NCBI GenBank assembly: GCA_031200235.1
Contig: CP133595.1
Coordinates: forward strand, 1,386,877 to 1,450,876
DNA from: Cuniculiplasma divulgatum
GTDB taxonomy: Archaea; Thermoplasmatota; Thermoplasmata; Thermoplasmatales; Thermoplasmataceae
Direction of reading: 5' to 3'
Length of the DNA stretch: 64,000 nucleotides
The notes beneath the pieces are model-generated. The model made no database searches and was not told the DNA's origin. It saw nothing but the letters and a program-made list of their open reading frames with translations. Positions 14,609-23,135 of this stretch are shown one piece after another. The translations under genes were made by a program, and so were the position numbers. Within the stretch, counting starts at the first letter, position 1; every line of letters begins with the position of its first letter.

Positions 14609-14914
14609 ATGGACCACAATGACGTTGAAACCGATCTGAGGCAGAGGGTGCGGCGCTACATTGAAATTGAGGATGCTGCACTGGCAAAAATCACAATAGC
14701 CGTTCCGGACAATTCAATGCTGAAGGACTTCGCTGACAGCGCAATGACCATGATTCGGAGTTATTTCTCAGACGCGAAACACTTCTTGGAGAAGAATGAT
14801 CCGATCAACGCATTTGCTGCACTAAATTATTCATATGGGTGGATTGACAGTCTTGTAAGGCTGGGTGTACTGGATGGGCACGATGATCACAGACTTTTCA
14901 CACTTTACAGGTGA
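14609..14914 (+). CDS. DUF357-family protein
   Basis: 101 aa. SYFSDAKHFLEKNDPINAFAALNYSYGWIDSLVRLGVLD matches my recollection of the archaeal DUF357 pattern. Confidence 0.6.
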   Translation: MDHNDVETDLRQRVRRYIEIEDAALAKITIAVPDNSMLKDFADSAMTMIRSYFSDAKHFLEKNDPINAFAALNYSYGWIDSLVRLGVLDGHDDHRLFTLYR

Positions 14915-14953
14915 AGCAGCCGCTTTTTATCTGCAATTGAATTATGGTGCTTC

Positions 14954-14962
14954 TTCGTTCCG
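14954..14962. repeat. target-site duplication, left copy (TTCGTTCCG)
   Basis: Identical 9-mer at 16168..16176. Identity extends to 11 nt (TCTTCGTTCCG) if 2 nt are taken from the right inverted repeat. Confidence 0.8.
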
Positions 14963-14983
14963 GACTCTGGGACATAAGTAGCC

Positions 14984-15949
14984 CTACCCATTCACAAGCA
15001 TCAGGTTGTGCAGAAGTCCCTTGCAGAATCCTGAGGTCTCTATACGATCTTTTCTTCTCTGGAATATCATGTGCCCTGTCGATCTCTTGTCTGAGGAGAA
15101 TCCTGCCTCGGAGTTGCTTCTTTTGAAGTATTCCCTCAGGTATGCTATGGGATCGTTCATGAACCTAAGGATCATATGCCTCCATGCCCATGGCCCCCTT
15201 ATTCTGGAATTCTTCTTCGGTATGATGAATATCCTTGTGTTTTCAGAGAAGTCATCAAGTATGCTCTGTCCAGAATAGTATCTGTCCAGCCTGATGCTTT
15301 CCAGATCTATCCTCAGATTGGCGATCATGTCCAGGGCTTTCATGTATGCGTCCCTCTCCGATCTGAGGGAGACGGCATACCCAATGTACATCCTTGTACT
15401 GAGGTCCATCAGGGCGAATGAATAGACGAACTGCCCTTTCTTTACGGATTCTCCATGTTTCTCCCTCATTGATCGGTAATGCTTGGTTACAGTGAGGGAA
15501 TAGCCTGTTCCATCGCCAGCAGCATCACATTTCCCGATCTCCTTTTTCCTCAGTGTTTCAATGAAGAGGTTGTTCAGTATCATGATAACAAGGGGATCTG
15601 AATAGAGCCTTTCAACGGTCTTGTATGAGATGATTCTGTCAATTCCAAACAGCGGCAGCCCATATGCCATTCTCCTGTTGCTTAGCTTCATTATCTCCTT
15701 TGTCAGGAGTATGAATGCTTTCTCCTTAGCGTTCAGTAAAGATGGCCTGCCATATTCATTTATGGCAATGGAGGATGCATGATCGATCATGGATCTGAGT
15801 TCCACTGACATTCCAAGAAGTCTTTTCCTGTATATTTCCTCATATTTCTTTGTATCTGAGATCACCGGCACTGAGAATTTCTGCCTGTACTCTTCTATCA
15901 GTGTGTTGATGTTATCCCTGAATGCCTCGTACTGATCCTGGGTGATCAC
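14984..15949 (-). CDS. DDE transposase
   Basis: 321 aa. Candidate DDE residues AAGDGTGYS, IRLDRYY, NSEAGFS. Y-x2-R-x3-E-x6-K signature present in YFKRSNSEAGFSSDK. Confidence 0.85.
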   Translation of the reverse strand: MITQDQYEAFRDNINTLIEEYRQKFSVPVISDTKKYEEIYRKRLLGMSVELRSMIDHASSIAINEYGRPSLLNAKEKAFILLTKEIMKLSNRRMAYGLPLFGIDRIISYKTVERLYSDPLVIMILNNLFIETLRKKEIGKCDAAGDGTGYSLTVTKHYRSMREKHGESVKKGQFVYSFALMDLSTRMYIGYAVSLRSERDAYMKALDMIANLRIDLESIRLDRYYSGQSILDDFSENTRIFIIPKKNSRIRGPWAWRHMILRFMNDPIAYLREYFKRSNSEAGFSSDKRSTGHMIFQRRKDRIETSGFCKGLLHNLMLVNG

Positions 15950-15983
15950 GAAAGTATGATATATACCGAATATATATACATTT

Positions 15984-16148
15984 GTGAAGAAGGTTCAGGT
16001 TGTTGAGGCCAATGAGATTACTGTAAGAAACATTCAAGCCTATATGGAAAAAGTTGTGACAAAATTCGGATCAGGAGCAAAGGTGGATTGCCCCAAGGAA
16101 TTCCTGGGAAAGAAGGCCTATCTCATAATTGAAAAAGACCAGGAGTGA
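15984..16148 (+). CDS. small IS-encoded protein, DUF2080-like (putative transposon-encoded)
   Basis: 54-aa ORF absent from the track (under 60 aa): VKKVQVVEANEITVRNIQAYMEKVVTKFGSGAKVDCPKEFLGKKAYLIIEKDQE. The G-S-x-x-V-x-x-PKE-x-x-GK pattern is as I recall DUF2080. Start is GTG 15984 or ATG 16044. Confidence 0.5.
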   Translation: MKKVQVVEANEITVRNIQAYMEKVVTKFGSGAKVDCPKEFLGKKAYLIIEKDQE

Positions 16149-16167
16149 CGACTTCTGTCCCGAAGTC

Positions 16168-16176
16168 TTCGTTCCG
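16168..16176. repeat. target-site duplication, right copy (TTCGTTCCG)
   Basis: Identical to 14954..14962 and lies immediately outside the right inverted repeat. Confidence 0.8.
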
Positions 16177-16210
16177 ATAACATATTTATAACCATACAGG
16201 ATAAGGGAGC

Positions 16211-16255
16211 CATTCCACACTGAAAGTATCTTATTGTACTAAGCAATGTGGAATG
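16211..16255 (+). promoter_or_regulatory. stem-loop in the leader of the S13-S4-S11-rpoD operon
   Basis: CATTCCACA (16211-16219) is perfectly complementary to TGTGGAATG (16247-16255). An inner AGTA..TACT pairing is also possible. Sits between TATA-like catatttataacc (about 16183) and the S13 start. Confidence 0.4.
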
Positions 16256-16265
16256 ACACGGTCAA

Positions 16266-16841
16266 TTGAAGGATGGTTTAATGGCTCAGGATCAGAAATC
16301 AGAGAAGAAAGAAACGAAAGAGAAGAAGGATACGAAAGAGACGAAAAAAGAGGCAAAGAAAGAGGTCCCTAAAAAAGAGGTCCCCAAGGAGAAGAATGAG
16401 GATTTCCAGTACATTGTCCGTATCGGAAGTAAGGATCTTGACGGTGAGAGAACGGTCAGGCTTGCTCTTGCAGATCTTAAAGGTGTAGGTGACAGGCTGT
16501 CGCAGATAATTGTTGGGAAACTTGGGGTTCCGGCCGACAAGAAGATCGGTGAACTGAAAGAGGAAGATATTGACAGGATCCGGGATTTCGTGGAATCAAG
16601 GGACTATGAGGGCATTCCATCATGGGCGCTTAATCACAGAAGGGAGCTTGTCACAGGTGATGACATTAACTTGGTATCCAACGATCTGGACCAGATTATA
16701 CAGGACGACATCAACCTGATGAAGAAGGTGAAGATGTATCGCGGTGTAAGGCACGAAAGGGGCAAGAAAGTTAGAGGACAGAGGACAAGATCAAATGGAA
16801 GAAAAGGCCTTACCGTTGGAGTCCAGAGGAAGAAGGAGTAA
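16266..16841 (+). CDS. rps13: 30S ribosomal protein S13 (uS13) with Lys/Glu-rich N-terminal extension
   Basis: The core FQYIVRIGSKDLDG...YRGVRHERGKKVRGQRTRSNGRKG is canonical uS13. Start is TTG 16266 or ATG 16281. Confidence 0.93.
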   Translation: MKDGLMAQDQKSEKKETKEKKDTKETKKEAKKEVPKKEVPKEKNEDFQYIVRIGSKDLDGERTVRLALADLKGVGDRLSQIIVGKLGVPADKKIGELKEEDIDRIRDFVESRDYEGIPSWALNHRRELVTGDDINLVSNDLDQIIQDDINLMKKVKMYRGVRHERGKKVRGQRTRSNGRKGLTVGVQRKKE

Positions 16842-16854
16842 AGGAGAGATTTAA

Positions 16855-17463
16855 ATGGGAGATCCAAAATTTCCAAAGAAAACATATTCAACGCCCAGGC
16901 ACCCCTGGGAGAAAGAGCGTATTGATTCTGAAAGAGAGCTTCTCAATAAGTTCGGACTTAAGAACAAGAGGGAACTGTGGAAGAACATGGAGCTTCTGAA
17001 GTCATTCAGGAGCCAGGCAAGGGAACTTCAGGCGAGAATGAGAACCAATGACGACAACGCGGTAAAGCAGTTCCAGTTGCTCATTAAGAGACTCAATCGC
17101 TACAGTATCATATCAGAGAACGCAACACTTGATGATGTACTTTCACTTACAATCGAGGACATACTTGCAAGAAGGCTGCAGACAATCGTGTACCGCAAGA
17201 ACTATGCCAGGACACCCAAGCAGGCCAGGCAGCTTATCACCCATGGGCATATCACCATGGACGGAAGGCGCGTAACAGTTCCCGGCGTTATTGTGGAAGG
17301 CCACATGGAGGGTCAGATTGGCTACACAGAGAGTTCACCGCTAAATGATGAGCTTCATCCACTCAGGCAGATTATAATGAATGGCCCCGGTGCACAGCAG
17401 GGTGAAACCGGTCAGGAAAATGACAGCCAGGATGAGACAGAGTCAGGGGAAGAGAAACAATGA
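16855..17463 (+). CDS. rps4: 30S ribosomal protein S4 (uS4)
   Basis: 202 aa. [17 protein letters not shown] and S4 domain [28 protein letters not shown]. Acidic C-terminal tail. Confidence 0.95.
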   Translation: MGDPKFPKKTYSTPRHPWEKERIDSERELLNKFGLKNKRELWKNMELLKSFRSQARELQARMRTNDDNAVKQFQLLIKRLNRYSIISENATLDDVLSLTIEDILARRLQTIVYRKNYARTPKQARQLITHGHITMDGRRVTVPGVIVEGHMEGQIGYTESSPLNDELHPLRQIIMNGPGAQQGETGQENDSQDETESGEEKQ

Positions 17464-17843
17464 ATAAAACAGGTATAGCTCATATTTATGCTTCGCAGAA
17501 TAACACCATCATACTGGTGACCGACACAACAGGTGCCGAGACACTTGCAAAGGCCACAGGCGGGATGGTTGTAAAGAACGACAGGGACGAATCAAGCCCA
17601 TATGCGGCAATGAAGGCTGCCGATCTGATAGCAGAGAAACTGAAGGAAAAGGAAATTTCTGATCTCATAATAAAGGTCAGGGCACCAGGCGGAAGCAGAT
17701 CAAAGATCCCAGGTCCTGGAGCACAGTCTGCCATCAGGGCTCTTTCCAGAGCTGGTTTCAAGATTCTCCGTATCGAGGAAGTAACACCCGTTCCCCATGA
17801 CGGCACAAAGAAAAAAGGCGGAAAGAGGGGAAGGAGAGTTTAA
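17460..17843 (+). CDS. rps11: 30S ribosomal protein S11 (uS11)
   Basis: 127 aa. [42 protein letters not shown]. Confidence 0.95.
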   Translation: MNKTGIAHIYASQNNTIILVTDTTGAETLAKATGGMVVKNDRDESSPYAAMKAADLIAEKLKEKEISDLIIKVRAPGGSRSKIPGPGAQSAIRALSRAGFKILRIEEVTPVPHDGTKKKGGKRGRRV

Positions 17844-17847
17844 GCGC

Positions 17848-18669
17848 ATGACCCTTAGGATCCTTGAATTGCAGGATAATTACATTAAATTTTCAATAGA
17901 TGGAATTGATTCAGGAATAGCCAACTCCATAAGGAGGACTCTGATCAACGATATCCCGAAACTTGCCATTGAAAAGGTCACATTCCATCATGGCCAGATA
18001 AGGGATGGAGAGGGAAATGTCTATGATAGCTCCCTGCCTCTTTTTGATGAGATTGTCGCTCATCGTCTTGGACTGATTCCACTTGTCACCGACCCAAAGA
18101 TGAACTTCAGGAATGAATGCAGCTGCGGAGGTCAGGGATGTCCCCTGTGCACAATGACATATTCAATCAACAAGATCGGCCCGGCAATGGTCACATCTGG
18201 AGATCTCCAGCCAGTGGGAAATCCGGAACTCGTTCCAGCAGACAGAAACATACCAATAGTGAAACTGGGACCAAAGCAGGCAATACTTGTGACAGCAGAG
18301 GCGATAATGGGAAGGGGTCGGGATCACACAAAATGGCAGGCGACATCTGGTGTTTCATATAAATATCACAGGGAACTCAGGATAACCAAAGCCGACTTCG
18401 AAAACTGGGAATTCTACAAGGAAAAATGCCCAAAAAGTGTGCTTTCAGAAGATTCAAAGCAGATCAGCTTCACCGACGATGACAGGTGCCCATGGATTTC
18501 ACAGCTGCTGGACAGGCAGGGAGTGAAGATCATAGAGGATGACACAAATTTCATTTTCCAGTTTGAAACAGATGGTTCCTACAAGGCAATTGACGTTCTC
18601 CAGTACGCCATGAAGAGACTGCCGCAGAGGCTCAACACACTCCTGGACAGCCTTGTAACCCCAGACTGA
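17848..18669 (+). CDS. rpoD: DNA-directed RNA polymerase subunit D
   Basis: Starts [37 protein letters not shown]. Cysteine cluster [11 protein letters not shown]. Canonical position after S11. The track start at 17797 lies inside rps11. Confidence 0.92.
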   Translation: MTLRILELQDNYIKFSIDGIDSGIANSIRRTLINDIPKLAIEKVTFHHGQIRDGEGNVYDSSLPLFDEIVAHRLGLIPLVTDPKMNFRNECSCGGQGCPLCTMTYSINKIGPAMVTSGDLQPVGNPELVPADRNIPIVKLGPKQAILVTAEAIMGRGRDHTKWQATSGVSYKYHRELRITKADFENWEFYKEKCPKSVLSEDSKQISFTDDDRCPWISQLLDRQGVKIIEDDTNFIFQFETDGSYKAIDVLQYAMKRLPQRLNTLLDSLVTPD

Positions 18670-18708
18670 CCATAATATTATTTCATTACCTTCCCATATG
18701 ACATAATT

Positions 18709-19479
18709 ATGACAGATTTTTTCAAGTCGCTTGACGCCATTGGAAAGGATGTAATGGAAGGATTCAATCGCAATTCCTCAAACAATTCCCCATCAAACCT
18801 GGTGGGAATGGGGGCTGATGGTACAGCTACACATTATCTCGACAAGATCTGCGAGGACATAATAATCCAGGGAGTTAACGAAATGGACATACCTGTAAAT
18901 ATAGTGAGCGAGGAAGCCGGCATAATAAACAGGGGCTATGATACGAATCTGGTCATTGATCCTCTGGACGGCACATTCAATGCGCTCCACGGCATACCTT
19001 TCTATTCCGTATCCATGGCCGTAATGGGAAGGGACTTCTCATCATTAAGCGCTGGCTATGTGAAGGATCTTTATGGCGGTGACGTATATCATGCTGTCAG
19101 GGGAAAGGGTTCATACTTCAATGGAAAGAAGATATCAGTTTCAAAGGAACCGGTTGGATGCTGGATTTCCAAAGCAGGGAAATGGCAGGATCCTATAAAC
19201 CGCAGGATCATGAGCCTCAGGGGAAAACACCGCAGGCTTGGATGCGCTTCCCTTGAAATGTGCCTTGTTGCCAAGGGATCTGCCGACCTCATGGCATACG
19301 TGGGAGAAGGTGTTTTCATAAGAAATATAGATATTGCTGCGGGGGCCCTCATTGTCAGGGAAGCTGGAGGTATTGTTGTGGATCAGGACGGCAGCGATCT
19401 GAATCTTGGACTTGACGTTGCAGAAAGATCCCACGTGATCGCTGCAGCAAACAGGCAGCTTCTGGAGGGGATAGTTTGA
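18709..19479 (+). CDS. suhB: inositol monophosphatase / fructose-1,6-bisphosphatase family protein (possible NADP phosphatase)
   Basis: 256 aa with IMPase motifs SEE, VIDPLDGT and a downstream metal-binding region. Confidence 0.85.
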   Translation: MTDFFKSLDAIGKDVMEGFNRNSSNNSPSNLVGMGADGTATHYLDKICEDIIIQGVNEMDIPVNIVSEEAGIINRGYDTNLVIDPLDGTFNALHGIPFYSVSMAVMGRDFSSLSAGYVKDLYGGDVYHAVRGKGSYFNGKKISVSKEPVGCWISKAGKWQDPINRRIMSLRGKHRRLGCASLEMCLVAKGSADLMAYVGEGVFIRNIDIAAGALIVREAGGIVVDQDGSDLNLGLDVAERSHVIAAANRQLLEGIV

Positions 19480-20294
19480 AGATAGGTTTCTCTGTAAGGA
19501 AGGGCTGTTCAAGATGTGCCAGCATTGTGCAGAGGATAGTGGAGATACTGCCCGAAGACTGGGACCTGTATTATGACAGGGAAACTGCCAGATTCCTTGA
19601 CCTGAAGGGAACGGACATAGACAGGATGAAAGTCGACATGGTCATTGCTGTTGGTGGAGACGGCACGGTTCTCAGGGCCATACAGAGGGCAAACACGCCT
19701 GTTCTGGGAATCAACATGGGAGGACTGGGCTTTCTCTCCGAAGTGGAGATTGGCGACGTTGAAAGGTCAATGTACCGCATAATGAGGAATGATTACCGCA
19801 TAGAAAGCACAATGAAGCTGAAGGTCCTGATCAATGGCGTGGAGACCATGGAATGCACCAATGAGGCGGTAATTCATACAAGCAAGATCGCCAAGATACG
19901 GAAATTCAAGCTTTACATAGGCGACAATTTCTTTGACACAACCACGGCTGATGGCCTCATAATTGCCACACCCATTGGCTCAACGTCGTATTCATACAGT
20001 GCGGGGGGACCCATAATCTATCCCACACTTGATGCGGCGGTCATATCCTACATCGCGCCGTTCCGCTCAAGAATAAGACCGGTGGTATTCCCATCTGACA
20101 AGGAAATATTTGTGAGATTTGGCGGCAAGGACCAGAGCTGCGTGGTCATACTGGACGGGCAGACGCAGTACAATGTGGATGAGCGGGATGAGATATCCAT
20201 AAGGGTATCGGAAAACAAGGCCAGATTCGTGACATTCCGTGAATCTTTCTACGACCGTATAAGGGAAAAGCTGATCAAGAATGTGGTCTATTAG
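19476..20294 (+). CDS. nadK: NAD kinase
   Basis: 272 aa. VIAVGGDGTVLRA, NMGGLGFL, ATPIGSTSYSYSAGGP. The TTG start overlaps the suhB stop (TTGA). Confidence 0.9.
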   Translation: MKIGFSVRKGCSRCASIVQRIVEILPEDWDLYYDRETARFLDLKGTDIDRMKVDMVIAVGGDGTVLRAIQRANTPVLGINMGGLGFLSEVEIGDVERSMYRIMRNDYRIESTMKLKVLINGVETMECTNEAVIHTSKIAKIRKFKLYIGDNFFDTTTADGLIIATPIGSTSYSYSAGGPIIYPTLDAAVISYIAPFRSRIRPVVFPSDKEIFVRFGGKDQSCVVILDGQTQYNVDERDEISIRVSENKARFVTFRESFYDRIREKLIKNVVY

Positions 20295-20643
20295 AAAAAG
20301 AACGCTTCAGATGATAATGGAGGCCTCAAAGGATTCATATCCCAGGGAATTCGGGGCATTCCTCCGTGCTGAAAACAACGTGATTTATGAAATTGCCATA
20401 CTCCCAGGGACAGTGCAGGGCGATCATCACACAATATTCCAGCTTTACAGCAAGCCCATTGACTTCTCACTTGTGGGGAGCGTACACTCGCACCCTTCTG
20501 GATTCACCATCCCAAGCGATGCAGACCTGTCAATGTTCTCCAACACAGGTGCTGTCCACATAATAGTTGGCTATCCCTATAACCTTGAGAATTTTACAGC
20601 CTATGACCGATCCGGAAAAAGAATAGAGATGAAGGTTATCTGA
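20281..20643 (+). CDS. JAB1/MPN/Mov34 (JAMM) metalloprotease domain protein
   Basis: 120 aa with E (PREFGAF) and the JAMM motif HSHPSGFTIPSDAD. Confidence 0.85.
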   Translation: MWSIRKRTLQMIMEASKDSYPREFGAFLRAENNVIYEIAILPGTVQGDHHTIFQLYSKPIDFSLVGSVHSHPSGFTIPSDADLSMFSNTGAVHIIVGYPYNLENFTAYDRSGKRIEMKVI

Positions 20644-20666
20644 TTCCCGGTTTTGGATCAAGGGCG

Positions 20667-21554
20667 TCAGTTACTGTCTGCAAGTTCCCTGTCTTCCTTC
20701 TCGTACTCATCGTATCCTATGACGTCATAGTATTCTGACCTGGTCATGAGGCGTTCCATGAAATCCCTCTGGGTGCCGGACTTCTTCAGGTCTGAGTAGA
20801 CATATTCAACGGTTTTCAGCATGGCCCTGAATGCTGTCAGGGGAAAAATCACAGCCCGGTAGCCGATCTCCTTTATCTCCTCAACAGAAAGAAGCGGGCT
20901 CTTGCCAAATTCAGTCATATTGGCCAGCAGTGGGGCTTTTACTTCGGAGGCAAACCTTTCAAATTCTGATCTGGATTCCAGGGCCTCAGTGAAGATCATA
21001 TCTGCCCCTGCCCTGAGGTATTCTCTGGACCTTTCAATTGCATCATCCAGGCCATTTACCGATCGCGCATCTGTTCTTGCAATGATGACAAAATCCATGT
21101 TCTTCCTTGCGGAAACTGCAGCCTTTATCTTCAGCACCATATCGTCTTCGGGGACTATCCTCTTGCCGTTCAGGTGGCCGCATCTCTTGGGAAGAACCTG
21201 GTCCTCAATATGAATGGCGCTTGCCCCTGCGTGCTCCATTTCCCTGACTGTGCGGATAACATTAATTGTTTCACCAAAACCTGTATCAATGTCCACAATG
21301 AGAGGAAGCCTGGTGACCGCAGTGATCCTTCTAACTTCCTCTGCCACTTCAGTTAATGTTGTTACAGAAAGGTCAGGAAGTCCCATGTTTCCTGCCACGC
21401 CAGATCCCGAGAGGTAGAGAGCATTGAATCCCGACCTCTCGGCAAGAATTGCGGACACACCGTTGAAGACGCCCGGTGCAACACAGAAGCCGTTCTTCAG
21501 TATCTTCCTGAGTTCTGAGGGCCCTGAGTTTATATTATCTCTTAAAACTGACAT
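20667..21554 (-). CDS. prpB: methylisocitrate lyase (isocitrate lyase/PEP mutase family)
   Basis: 295 aa. LYLSGSG, IVDIDTGFG, IHIEDQVLPKRCGHLNGK. Confidence 0.85.
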   Translation of the reverse strand: MSVLRDNINSGPSELRKILKNGFCVAPGVFNGVSAILAERSGFNALYLSGSGVAGNMGLPDLSVTTLTEVAEEVRRITAVTRLPLIVDIDTGFGETINVIRTVREMEHAGASAIHIEDQVLPKRCGHLNGKRIVPEDDMVLKIKAAVSARKNMDFVIIARTDARSVNGLDDAIERSREYLRAGADMIFTEALESRSEFERFASEVKAPLLANMTEFGKSPLLSVEEIKEIGYRAVIFPLTAFRAMLKTVEYVYSDLKKSGTQRDFMERLMTRSEYYDVIGYDEYEKEDRELADSN

Positions 21555-22869
21555 CGGAAATCACCTCCATTAATTCCCTTACCTGGTGCTTCTGGAAACT
21601 TTTCATGAAATCCATCAGTATGGCTGAGTTCTCGGGCCCCATCACTCTCTCGCCCTTTGCTTTCAGGTCATCCCAGGTGTAAGGCTTCCTGAAATGCCCC
21701 TTGGGGGCATCCATCTCTTCAGTGAATGTTCCGTTCTCTGCCTCAACAGTGATCTTAACAGGCAGATAATCAGGGTACATCCTGTTGAATCTTTCTGTCA
21801 CCCTGTACGAGGATCTGTCGATTAAACCCAGAATACGGGAATCGTGAAGAAGATCGTCGCTGTATGATTCTGGATTTGGTGCGCCGTGAAGCAGGGTGTA
21901 AGCAACGATATAGGGCATGCTGTGATCAGCAGTCTCCCTTGTTCTTGGCCTCAGCTTCTCTGGATCCTTTATGATAATGCTGTAGGCAACCTGGAATGTT
22001 TCAACATCAATTCTCTTTATCTCACCTTTTACTTTACTCCTGATATTCAGGGCAACCTCTGCAGCGCTCATTGCATGGTATTCCACCGGAAAATTCTTTA
22101 TCATTGTGCGAAGGACCTTGCCGAATCCAAGCTCCAGCGAGAATTCTCCGGATACCTGCTTGAAGAACCCCATCTCGCCAGTGAAGACTGGCGATGGTCC
22201 CGTGAAACCCTCAGAAGCCAGAAGAGCAGCAAAAACAGCATTCCTGGAAGCATCGGACGCGGTACAGCCCTTCCACATGCTGAGCTCCCCGGCCCTTGTC
22301 TGCCTCATGCTTATGCTGTTGTTGAGTGAAAGGCTGATGGCATTCTCGAATTTCTTCACGTCCATATCCATCAGGTTGGCGAGGCCAGAAGCTGCCGATA
22401 TTGAAATGTACGTTACGTGATCCCAGCCCCTGTCCCTTATTGAAACTGCATCAGCAAGAGACCCTACAACATCATAAGCCAGGGAGGCAGCTTCAAGAAC
22501 TGCCTTGCCATCATAATCCATGGCATCAGCAATTGCAAGCAGAGGGGGTATGTTGTCAGAGGGATGCAACGCCTCCTTGGAGAGGTAAGTGTCGTTGTAG
22601 TCCAGGTACCTGGTCATGGATCCGTTTATGAAGGCTGCAATATCCGGAGTGGCCCTTCCGGCTCCAAAATAAACTCGTGATGAAAGATTGCCGGAGAGTG
22701 GAAGGAACACTTTCTTCTCTATCCTGACAGGAGGTGCATCCCTTGCACCAAATGAGGTGATTATGGAATCCGCAATTCTTTTTTTCATCTCCTCGGAGAC
22801 ATCTGAGGGAATATGGGACCTTCTGATTTCATCCGAATGCTCAATAATTTTAGCTATGACTGCATCCAT
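21535..22869 (-). CDS. prpD: 2-methylcitrate dehydratase (MmgE/PrpD family)
   Basis: About 444 aa, PrpD-like over its full length and followed directly by prpB. Start taken as ATG 22869; the track start at 22878 is TTG. Confidence 0.8.
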   Translation of the reverse strand: MDAVIAKIIEHSDEIRRSHIPSDVSEEMKKRIADSIITSFGARDAPPVRIEKKVFLPLSGNLSSRVYFGAGRATPDIAAFINGSMTRYLDYNDTYLSKEALHPSDNIPPLLAIADAMDYDGKAVLEAASLAYDVVGSLADAVSIRDRGWDHVTYISISAASGLANLMDMDVKKFENAISLSLNNSISMRQTRAGELSMWKGCTASDASRNAVFAALLASEGFTGPSPVFTGEMGFFKQVSGEFSLELGFGKVLRTMIKNFPVEYHAMSAAEVALNIRSKVKGEIKRIDVETFQVAYSIIIKDPEKLRPRTRETADHSMPYIVAYTLLHGAPNPESYSDDLLHDSRILGLIDRSSYRVTERFNRMYPDYLPVKITVEAENGTFTEEMDAPKGHFRKPYTWDDLKAKGERVMGPENSAILMDFMKSFQKHQVRELMEVISDVSFKR

Positions 22870-22948
22870 ATTCTGCAATGGAATCGGACTATTTAACGGA
22901 ATTCAGTGCTTTATGCTGAAAGTAAATATAGACTATTAATCTATATTT

Positions 22949-23089
22949 TAATGCCCACGCATTAAATTCTCATTCTCCAGTAACGAAATGCCATGAGATC
23001 AAGGCAAACATTTAAATGCGGGCATGACAATTGTTGTAAGCTTAGGACAGGCAGAAACATGGTTGCCATGGTAGTATGCGGGCATGAAT
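22949..23089. promoter_or_regulatory. cluster of ATGC..GCAT palindromic and direct repeats upstream of the actin-like gene (candidate operator or centromere-like site)
   Basis: TAATGC-CCAC-GCATTA at 22949-22964. Exact 12-mers ATGCGGGCATGA at 23016-23027 and 23076-23087. Related ATGCCATGA at about 22988 and TGCCATGG at about 23064. Confidence 0.45.
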
Positions 23090-23135
23090 ATGCTCCTTGT
23101 TGCTATGGATTAATCCTGTTATGCTGAGTCTGTGA

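Larger units (their letters stand above)
14963..16167 (-). mobile_element. 1205-bp DDE insertion sequence (IS4/IS5 superfamily; resembles ISA1214-type archaeal IS)
   Basis: Imperfect 19-bp terminal inverted repeats match 15/19: GACTCTGGGACATAAGTAG at 14963-14981 versus the reverse complement of 16149-16167. Flanked by a 9-11 bp direct repeat. Carries two divergent ORFs that each end at an inverted repeat. Confidence 0.85.

Noticed and set aside
14469-14687. 73-codon N-terminal extension of the ABC ATPase ORF.
   Set aside because: The sequence is Cys/Phe/Ser-rich, unlike a protein, and precedes the canonical MIETEKLTKRY start. It would also consume the divergent promoter region.
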